From an uncultured Oscillospiraceae bacterium (GTDB taxonomy: Bacteria; Bacillota; Clostridia; Peptostreptococcales; Anaerovoracaceae): a stretch of DNA of 64,000 nucleotides. Position 1 is the first letter of the stretch. Each line of letters opens with the position of its first letter. Position numbers and translations under genes: made by a program. Below are positions 47,036 through 54,550 of this stretch, piece after piece. The DNA lies in assembly GCA_964370025.1 (NCBI GenBank), contig CAYJGJ010000004.1, positions 6,216 to 70,215 of the forward strand. Reading direction: 5' to 3'. The notes beneath the pieces are model-generated. The model did not search any database, had not been told where the DNA came from, and saw only the letters and a list, made by a program, of their open reading frames with translations.

Positions 47036-49042
47036 ATGAAATCAATAAAAATGAAAATATTAATTTCCATACTGCCCACGGTTATTGTTGTGATGGCATT
47101 GGTTAGCGCCTTATTTATATATGGAATGAATAAGAGTACGGTTTCTGCTTTGGAGGAATCAATGAATTCCAGTGCTACAATTGCTTCTCTTGCGATTCAA
47201 AAACAACTTGAAGCATATAAGGATTTATCATTGCAATTTTCTTATGATCGAATTCTGACCCAAGCAATTCCCGATGAAAACTCATATAATTACGATGATG
47301 TGAAAAATGAAGTACTTGCTTACTGCGAAGAATTAAGAGCTGCTCATGATTTTGGGTTTTTGCAGGTGATGGATAAAAACGGTATTGAGCTTGGAAGCGG
47401 AATGGACTTTGCTTATGAGCCGTATTTTCATCATGTACGCGATGAAGGAACTCCTTATATTACCGACTATATAACCAGCCGAATCACCGGAAATTTACTT
47501 ATTATGGTAGCTGCTCCTATAGAGCGAAACGGACAGTTTGATGGCTGCGTACTGTATGCGGTAAGCCCGACTTCTTTTTCGGAAATTATTACGCAGGTTG
47601 AAATAGGTGAGGGTGGCATTGCCGAAATGGTAGACAGTACCGGTACTGTCATAGCTAGTCCCGATACCGAGTCGGTAACAAATCAATATAATATTGTTGA
47701 CGATGTGAAAAACAATCCCGGTATGGAAGATTTTGCGTCGATAATTCAAGACTTGATTTCTGGCAATTCAGATTTTGTGGATTATACTAAAGACGGTATC
47801 AATAAATTTGCGGCATATACTCCTGTTCCTGGCACAAATGGCTGGGGCATTTATATTACTGCCGATGAAGATGTGTTTTTCGAACAGATGAACACATCTA
47901 TGTATATCAATATTATTGTTGCACTTATTGCAATTCTGATACTTATATTTGTGATTTTTTGGGTAGCAAACAATATATCAAAACCGGTTGAATTATGTGC
48001 GGACAGATTAGCTAAACTTGCGAATGGTGATTTAAAATCAGCGGTGCCTAATATTAAAACCAAAGATGAGACGAAAATACTTGCCAATTCTACTAAAACC
48101 ATTGTTGATAATTTATCTATAATTATTGAGGATGTTGGTAAAGGTCTTGATGAAATGTCAAAAGGAAATTTCGCTATTAAGAGTAATGCTCAGGAGTATT
48201 TTGTAAATGATTTTCAACCTCTTGTAGAAGCAATGCACAATCTTATTGCTAAAATGACGGAAGCTCTTGCGCAAGTGAATATATCTTCTAAGCAAGTAAA
48301 TTTAGGTGCGGAACAGGTTGCGTCAAGTGCTAAAGCCCTGGCTCAGGGCGCGACTATGCAAACATCATCTATTCAGGAATTATCCGAGACGATTGAAGAA
48401 ATAACGCGGAAAATCAATGAGAATTCCGCAAATGCTCAAAATGCAAATGATGCCAATCATAAGGCAGTAGTTGCATTTACATCATTTACCGAGCAAATAC
48501 AAAAAATGACGACTGCAATGTCTCAGATAAATATTAAATCCCAAGAAATCAGCAAAATCATAAAAACAATAGATGATATTGCGTTTCAAACAAATATTCT
48601 TTCGCTTAATGCTGCAGTTGAAGCAGCAAGAGCGGGAGCTGCTGGCAAAGGTTTTGCCGTTGTTGCGGATGAAGTACGAAATCTCGCCATAAAATCGGCA
48701 CAATCGGCAAAAGATACCGCTATTTTAATCGAAGATACTCTTTCTGTAGTTGAAAATGGAAATAAGTTAACAACCTCAACTTCAAAATCCGTTGATGGAA
48801 TACTTGAAAATGCCAAAGAATTGGGAGCATTAGTTGAAATCATCGCTACGACTTCAGCGGAAGAAGCCAGTGCTGTAAGTCAAATAAATATAGGTGTAGA
48901 GCAAATTGCATCAGTTGTTCAAACAAATACGGCTAGGGCGGAAGAGAGTGCGGAGGCAAGCGACCAACTTTCTGAGCAATCACGTAAGTTAAAAGAAATC
49001 ACCTCCCGATTTACACTGAATGACACTTCTGCTATAGAGTAA
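47036..49042 (+). CDS. Methyl-accepting chemotaxis protein (dCache-like sensor, HAMP, MCP signalling domain)
   Basis: Two TM segments flank a roughly 270-aa domain, followed by HAMP. Highly conserved hairpin IDDIAFQTNILSLNAAVEAARAGAAGKGFAVVADEVRNLA. Confidence 0.9.
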   Translation: MKSIKMKILISILPTVIVVMALVSALFIYGMNKSTVSALEESMNSSATIASLAIQKQLEAYKDLSLQFSYDRILTQAIPDENSYNYDDVKNEVLAYCEELRAAHDFGFLQVMDKNGIELGSGMDFAYEPYFHHVRDEGTPYITDYITSRITGNLLIMVAAPIERNGQFDGCVLYAVSPTSFSEIITQVEIGEGGIAEMVDSTGTVIASPDTESVTNQYNIVDDVKNNPGMEDFASIIQDLISGNSDFVDYTKDGINKFAAYTPVPGTNGWGIYITADEDVFFEQMNTSMYINIIVALIAILILIFVIFWVANNISKPVELCADRLAKLANGDLKSAVPNIKTKDETKILANSTKTIVDNLSIIIEDVGKGLDEMSKGNFAIKSNAQEYFVNDFQPLVEAMHNLIAKMTEALAQVNISSKQVNLGAEQVASSAKALAQGATMQTSSIQELSETIEEITRKINENSANAQNANDANHKAVVAFTSFTEQIQKMTTAMSQINIKSQEISKIIKTIDDIAFQTNILSLNAAVEAARAGAAGKGFAVVADEVRNLAIKSAQSAKDTAILIEDTLSVVENGNKLTTSTSKSVDGILENAKELGALVEIIATTSAEEASAVSQINIGVEQIASVVQTNTARAEESAEASDQLSEQSRKLKEITSRFTLNDTSAIE

Positions 49043-49166
49043 TTTCTTTAAATACAAAATATATGATGTTTGGTACTGTGTAAATTAAACGACGAAAATA
49101 ACTAACCTTAGGGAGCGCATATTGTCTTTTTTTTGCACCACTATATACTAAGACGTTTTCCGAAGT

Positions 49167-49215
49167 GCAAAAAAACAGGCAACCGATTTTCAAAAAATCA
49201 GTTGCCTGTTTTTTA
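49167..49215. terminator. Bidirectional intrinsic terminator between convergent MCP and guaA-paralog genes
   Basis: ACAGGCAAC (49175-49183) pairs with GTTGCCTGT (49201-49209), plus a GAT/ATC extension. An A-run lies upstream and a T-run downstream. Confidence 0.75.
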
Positions 49216-49370
49216 TAATTTTTGTTGCCATTCTGTTGCACGAGAGTAATTTCTCATTTTAACATTGTATTATTGTCAGTAAAATCACTAAAATCCACAA
49301 TATTTATAGCTAAAACAGCCTTTTAATGCAGTTATTTTAAGTGATTGTACGACTCGTAAGCCGTAGACTC

Positions 49371-50669
49371 TTATTCCCACTCAATCGTGCCTGGTGGCTT
49401 AGGTGTAATGTCATATACAACTCTATTCACTCCGTTTACTTCCTCTACTATGCGGCAAGCAAGTTTATTTAGGAGCGGATAAGGAAGCTCAGCGATTTGT
49501 GCAGTCATTGCATCGCTTGAATGTACTGCGCGAATTGCTATTGCTTGTCCGTACGTTCGAGCGTCATCACTTACTCCTACAGATAGGCATCCTGGGCATA
49601 ATGCAAAAAATTGCCATATCGCTCTTTCCAGCCCCGCCTTAGATATTTCATCGCGCAGAATATAATCTGCTTCTCTTACCATTTCTAATTTTTCACGTGT
49701 AATTGCTCCTACAACACGCACGCCGAGCCCTGGGCCGGGAAATGGTTGTCTCCATACTTGTTCGGAAGGCAATCCTAACGTTTCGCCTACTTTACGTACT
49801 TCGTCTTTAAATAGCCATTTTACTGGTTCAAGAAGTTCGAAGTCTATATCCTCTGGCAATCCACCTACATTGTGATGTGATTTCACTACACCTTTTTTTG
49901 ATTCGCTTTCAATAATATCTGGGTAAATCGTTCCTTGTACAAGGAAATCCATTTTTCCAAGTTTCTTTGATTCTTCTTCAAATACTCTTATGAATTCTTC
50001 TCCGATTATTTTTCTCTTTGTTTCGGGATTATCTACTCCCTCCAATTTATTTAAGAATCTATCTACAGCATCTATGCTGATCAGTGGAATTCCAAATTGT
50101 TTCGCAAATATTTCATTAACTAATTCCGGTTCACCTTTTCTCATGAGGCCATGATTTACGAACATACAAGTAAGTTGATTTCCTATTGCTTTGTGTACAA
50201 GTGCTGCACAAACTGCACTATCAACCCCTCCGGAGAGTGCGCATAAAACTTTTTTATCTCCTACTGTCTGTTTGATGTTATTGACTGTGTCTTCGACGAA
50301 TGCTTCTATAGTCCAGTTGCAGGAAAATGCATTGGAATCGATAAATTCTCTAATATCTTTTTCACTTTGTGTGTTTCCGAGTCTAAGCAAAGAAGATTGT
50401 GAAAATCCGAGTGTAGCCAATGATGCGACGAAGTTATCTACGTCGGATTGGGGAATGGAGGAGAAATTACTCGATGTGTTATCCGCAACGTCTGTTAATT
50501 CGTCATCGCCTATTAAAACGATTGCCCTCGGGCTCAGTACTTTGATTTTTTTAAGGCATCCTTCGATCGGTGTAACTTCACAGTAAACGTTGCTTTCTCT
50601 TACGATTTTCGCAACTTTTTGGTTGTTATGTGCACCAAAATCTACTATTAGTAATAACTCTTTTTGCAT
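49371..50669 (-). CDS. GMP synthase paralog: intact ATP-pyrophosphatase and dimerisation domains, vestigial GATase domain
   Basis: SGGVDS P-loop, [21 protein letters not shown]-terminal PPGTIEWE. The roughly 125-aa N-terminus keeps [20 protein letters not shown] but lacks the GICYG cysteine and the HPE histidine/glutamate. Confidence 0.8.
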   Translation of the reverse strand: MQKELLLIVDFGAHNNQKVAKIVRESNVYCEVTPIEGCLKKIKVLSPRAIVLIGDDELTDVADNTSSNFSSIPQSDVDNFVASLATLGFSQSSLLRLGNTQSEKDIREFIDSNAFSCNWTIEAFVEDTVNNIKQTVGDKKVLCALSGGVDSAVCAALVHKAIGNQLTCMFVNHGLMRKGEPELVNEIFAKQFGIPLISIDAVDRFLNKLEGVDNPETKRKIIGEEFIRVFEEESKKLGKMDFLVQGTIYPDIIESESKKGVVKSHHNVGGLPEDIDFELLEPVKWLFKDEVRKVGETLGLPSEQVWRQPFPGPGLGVRVVGAITREKLEMVREADYILRDEISKAGLERAIWQFFALCPGCLSVGVSDDARTYGQAIAIRAVHSSDAMTAQIAELPYPLLNKLACRIVEEVNGVNRVVYDITPKPPGTIEWE

Positions 50670-50712
50670 AGTATTTCCTTTCTTTTTATTTAGTAATAGT
50701 TATATTTATTAA

Positions 50713-50997
50713 TCACGTATAGTAAGTTTCGGTTATTTCTTTAATAACCTCGTCAAACTGAGAGTTATCGTAAACAATATGAGTAGTCCTAGTTCCAACA
50801 AGTCCGCTGTAGTCGGGGCATGCTGCGGGGCAACCACAAAGAACTATTAAATGATCTGCTTCTTGTGATTTTCCACTCGAAGCAATAATATATTCAAAAT
50901 TTGAAAGCTTCATTTTTACATTGTCTAAAAATGCTACTCTGTCGTATCTTGGATTGCACCCTCCACAGTACTTAATAAGTATAGATTTTGCACTCAT
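50713..50997 (-). CDS. Small cysteine-rich protein of unknown function
   Basis: 94 aa with YCGGCNPRYDR and LCGCPAACP motifs (five Cys in two clusters). Lies 43 nt upstream of the guaA paralog on the same strand. No family confidently recognised. Confidence 0.45.
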   Translation of the reverse strand: MSAKSILIKYCGGCNPRYDRVAFLDNVKMKLSNFEYIIASSGKSQEADHLIVLCGCPAACPDYSGLVGTRTTHIVYDNSQFDEVIKEITETYYT

Positions 50998-51115
50998 CGT
51001 TGATTCTCTCCAACTAAAAATTATCTGACCAAAATTCAGTTAATACTTCAGTATTATAAGTTGCGATTCGCCCCACAAAATAGTCAGGCGTTATCCTATG
51101 AAAAATACTTGCCGA

Positions 51116-51982
51116 TTATTTATTTTTCATTGTTACGAATAAAATCTCGGGATTGTTAAATACTCTGATAGGAATAATGCTATTCCCAAGTCCCCTACTT
51201 ACAACCATGCTTGTGTTTTCTTCCGTATACATGCCTTCTGTGTAGTCAGGGAAGAATCCTTGGTTAGGTGCATACAGGGGACCTATTATAGGTAGTATTG
51301 CCTGTCCGCCATGAGCATGTCCTGAAAAAACCATATCTATATTATTTTCAACATAAATATCGAATAGCTCGGGGCGATGTGATAGCAAAATTTTAAAATT
51401 ATCACTTTCTGACCATTCTTCAAGGAGGGTTTCTATATCTACTGTACTATATTCGTCACTGTTTTCCTCCGTTGTAAACCCAGGGTCTGATAATCCTAAA
51501 ATATCTATGTAATCATCAATTCCAGTTGAAATAGTTATGGATTCATTATCAAGTACGACTACGCTTGCTTCTGTAAGTGTCTTTTTAATTTCATCGTATT
51601 TCCCAGACCAAGCTTCATGATTTCCAGAAACGTAAAAGATAGGAGCAATTCTAATTGCACTATTAATGAATTCCATTGAGGTATCCAAGTCATAGTTTCG
51701 ACGGTCTATCAAGTCACCAGTGATTACGATTATGTCGGGCGAACCAGCATACACTGCATCAAGCAATTCCTGCTGTTCGGCACCAAATTCCGCATTGTGC
51801 AAGTCAGAAATATGACAAACAACAAGCTCGTCGAATCGTTCTGGGAAGTTTTCATTTATATATTCTATTTCTGTTATTTGTAAAACAGTGTTTTGTTGCA
51901 TAATATAAAAAGCAAGGCCTGCGATAAGGATTAAAGGCACAGCAATAAATATAATTATTTTGTATTTTAGTAATTTTTTCAT
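51116..51982 (-). CDS. Membrane-anchored calcineurin-like metallophosphoesterase (YkuE/YaeI-like)
   Basis: N-terminal TM. HISDLHN, TGDLID, GNHE, SGHAHGGQ motifs. Confidence 0.8.
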   Translation of the reverse strand: MKKLLKYKIIIFIAVPLILIAGLAFYIMQQNTVLQITEIEYINENFPERFDELVVCHISDLHNAEFGAEQQELLDAVYAGSPDIIVITGDLIDRRNYDLDTSMEFINSAIRIAPIFYVSGNHEAWSGKYDEIKKTLTEASVVVLDNESITISTGIDDYIDILGLSDPGFTTEENSDEYSTVDIETLLEEWSESDNFKILLSHRPELFDIYVENNIDMVFSGHAHGGQAILPIIGPLYAPNQGFFPDYTEGMYTEENTSMVVSRGLGNSIIPIRVFNNPEILFVTMKNK

Positions 51983-52270
51983 ATTGATCGGTCATCTTTT
52001 CTCTTTTTACGCATATAAAACAGGATGGAAGGGATGTTAACTGAGTCATCCTTTCCGTATAAAACATACGGAGCCATTTAGTGTAAATCACCAGATGAGT
52101 TTATTAGCGCATTTGCTATAATATAATTATTTATGTCTTTAATATCAAGTAATCTTGGTAGATTATAACATATTAGCTATTATAAGTAAATTGCTTAAAT
52201 ATGGATTTATTTTATTTTTTGAAAAGATGAGAAATAAAATAAAAATTAGATTTATAAGAAATCGTATAAA

Positions 52271-52296
52271 GTCGAATACTGTCGAAATTTGTCGAA
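52271..52296 (+). promoter_or_regulatory. Three tandem Spo0A-box-like heptamers at 10-bp phasing
   Basis: aGTCGAAtacTGTCGAAattTGTCGAA: GTCGAA at 52271, 52281 and 52291. Two copies are perfect TGTCGAA (0A-box consensus TGNCGAA). A -10-like TAGAAT lies at 52333-52338 with a poor -35. Confidence 0.6.
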
Positions 52297-52390
52297 CGAT
52301 TTTTATGGACTATTTGTTGAAATGGTGTATATTAGAATCATCAGATGGGGCTTAATGCATCAACTATGTTGGGAAATGAGGTGTAAAATT

Positions 52391-52735
52391 ATGAACGGGA
52401 AAATAGCAATTATAAGTCGGACTTCCAGTACAGTCGTAGATCCAAACGATGTGCTTTTTATAGAAAGTTATTCGCGGAAGGTTAATGTTGTTACAGTAAA
52501 TGGGACATATACGCAATATGGTCAACTCGGTAATATTCGCGAGGTGCTTGATGAAAAATTTTGTTGGGTCCTAAAAAACAAAACAATCAATTTGGACATG
52601 GTAAAGGAGGTGAAAAATGGTGTAATCATATTCAAAAATGACGAAAAGATGATACTGGCCGATTTGGCGTTCAGGAAAGCAAAACAAGGATACAATAAGT
52701 ACTTGAGAGAAACACCTAGTAATTACTTTATATGA
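52391..52735 (+). CDS. Stand-alone LytTR DNA-binding domain protein (no receiver domain)
   Basis: 114 aa. VLFIESYSRKVNVVTVNGTYTQYGQLGNIREVL...FCWVLKNKTINLDMV matches the LytTR fold pattern. GAGGTG lies before ATG 52391. Confidence 0.7.
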   Translation: MNGKIAIISRTSSTVVDPNDVLFIESYSRKVNVVTVNGTYTQYGQLGNIREVLDEKFCWVLKNKTINLDMVKEVKNGVIIFKNDEKMILADLAFRKAKQGYNKYLRETPSNYFI

Positions 52736-52771
52736 ATTGGATATATTCTATATAGAAAGGAAGGAATTCTC

Positions 52772-53350
52772 ATGCACAAGATAAATAAGGGAATTAATAT
52801 TAATCTTCCATATGAACAAGTGGCTTCAATGGGTAAATTATTCTCGGAGTGGAAGAAGAATAATAATGATGAAATTAACTTAATTATCGTGCTAAATCCT
52901 GACGAAATAATCAGAGAGAGATTTAAATTTTTTAGCAATATTATATTTATTACTTTTGATTACAGCGAAAATGATATAGAATTACTTGTAGAGGACTATA
53001 GTAAAAACATAATTGACTATGAAATTCAGCGTATAGGTATTGCGTCTAATTCCAAAGGGTATAAATATTTAAAGGAAGCAGTCAAGCTTGTTTTAAAAGA
53101 TCCGGAGCTTATTTCGGCAATGACCAAGGAGTTGTATCCGACTATTGCCAAAATGCACAGTGTTTCTTCCAATAGTGTGGAAAAGGCAATTAGAACGTCA
53201 ATAAATGTGGCATGGGGGAAAGGTTCAACATTTGAAAATTCACTGGTAAGCGAGGAGTTATTTTATTTTGTTGTAAAACCGAAAAACTCTGAATTGATTT
53301 CTGTAATAGCTGAGAGAATTCGTTGTAACTACGCTAGCAGTAAAGGATAA
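52772..53350 (+). CDS. Spo0A C-terminal (effector/DNA-binding) domain protein lacking a recognisable receiver domain
   Basis: IASNSKGYKYLKEAVKLVLKDPELISAMTKELYPTIAKMHSVSSNSVEKAIRTSINVAWGKG is collinear with the Spo0A effector domain (HIKGY.YLR.AI...ITK.LYP.IAK....SRVERAIRHAIEVAW). The roughly 85-aa N-terminus is too short for a receiver. Confidence 0.7.
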   Translation: MHKINKGININLPYEQVASMGKLFSEWKKNNNDEINLIIVLNPDEIIRERFKFFSNIIFITFDYSENDIELLVEDYSKNIIDYEIQRIGIASNSKGYKYLKEAVKLVLKDPELISAMTKELYPTIAKMHSVSSNSVEKAIRTSINVAWGKGSTFENSLVSEELFYFVVKPKNSELISVIAERIRCNYASSKG

Positions 53351-53454
53351 TTATTGATAAAATTAACTTGTAATGTTGTTGCTCTCAATCAGCAAATTGC
53401 ATGTGAAGAAAGGAGTGTATTTGGGGATATCTACGCCTTAAATACGTTGAAAGA

Positions 53455-54201
53455 ATGGAAAAATTAATTTCGTGGGGAATTTTTGAAAATGAAATTAGTG
53501 CATATTCGAGCACTAGAGTAATTGGGAATCTATCGCTAATGAGCGATCCAAGTGAAACCACTGTAAAAAACATCAAAGCAATGTCAAAACTTGCAAATAT
53601 TCCTACTTCAAACTTAGTTGGATGTAATCAAACTCATTCTACTAACTTTCACAAGGTCACGAAGACGGATATTGAAAATGGCGGATATATAAATGGATGT
53701 GCCGTTGAAAACTGCGATGCATTGTATACGGATATTGCTAATGTGGGTTTGATGTCTTTTCATGCAGATTGCACCCCAGTTTTATTATATGCACGAGACA
53801 AAAAAATCATTGGTTCTATACATGCTGGTTGGAGAGGAACTGTTGATTGTATCACAACTAAAATGGTTAAGCACTTGATCGATGTGGAAATATGTAATCC
53901 CGACGAAATTTATGCTTATATTGGTCCTGCAATATCGAAAGAAGCTTTAGAAGTGAAAGATGATGTCATTGATTTAGTAAAAAAGATGCCTTTTGATACA
54001 ACTCCATATTATCAAAAAAATGCTGATGAATCATATTTTCTTGATTGCAAGGGGTTGAACATACTGCAATTATTGTGTTGTAATATTCCTAAGCCCAATA
54101 TACTATTAAGTCAGTATTGTACATTCTTCGATAATGAATATTTCTACAGCCATAGGCGCGGAGAATCTGAAAGATGTGCTTCCTTTATAGCTCTGAAATA
54201 G
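53455..54201 (+). CDS. pgeF: YfiH/PgeF (DUF152) purine-nucleoside phosphorylase / peptidoglycan editing factor family
   Basis: NQTHS, ADCTPVLLY, HAGWRGT, and C-terminal CT..D..FYSHRR motifs. Confidence 0.85.
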   Translation: MEKLISWGIFENEISAYSSTRVIGNLSLMSDPSETTVKNIKAMSKLANIPTSNLVGCNQTHSTNFHKVTKTDIENGGYINGCAVENCDALYTDIANVGLMSFHADCTPVLLYARDKKIIGSIHAGWRGTVDCITTKMVKHLIDVEICNPDEIYAYIGPAISKEALEVKDDVIDLVKKMPFDTTPYYQKNADESYFLDCKGLNILQLLCCNIPKPNILLSQYCTFFDNEYFYSHRRGESERCASFIALK

Positions 54202-54251
54202 TAAACTATATCATTTGAAAAATAATAATTCAAAATAATTAAGAAAATTCT

Positions 54252-54292
54252 AAAGGTATTATTGCAACTTGAAAAGGCAATGATACCTTTTT
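54252..54292 (+). terminator. Intrinsic terminator after pgeF
   Basis: AAAGGTATTATTGC (54252-54265) pairs with GCAATGATACCTTT (54277-54290) with one G-U pair. T-run follows. Confidence 0.7.
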
Positions 54293-54550
54293 AAGTTGTA
54301 AATTATAAAGGTGAGATACGAAATAGTCTTACTTACTAATTTTAGTGCCTATTATAATAGATATATTTTTGAATATATGGTATAATCAGAAATAATCAAA
54401 ATAATCAACAGAAAGTAACAAGAAACTTCATTCTGCTTTGAATTAAAGTGAAGGTTGTAATAAAGATAAAAAATGCGAAGCTCAGCCGATAATGTATAAC
54501 ATATTGAGCTTTAGTCGAGATTTTTTATTGCATAAGTGAGAGGTGAACAA

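Noticed and set aside
52155-52390. ORF 52155-52355 (66 aa) and the 34-codon N-terminal extension of the LytTR ORF (start 52289)
   Set aside because: Both run through the 0A-box array and the -10 element and have no RBS. The LytTR domain begins at ATG 52391, which has a GAGGTG RBS.
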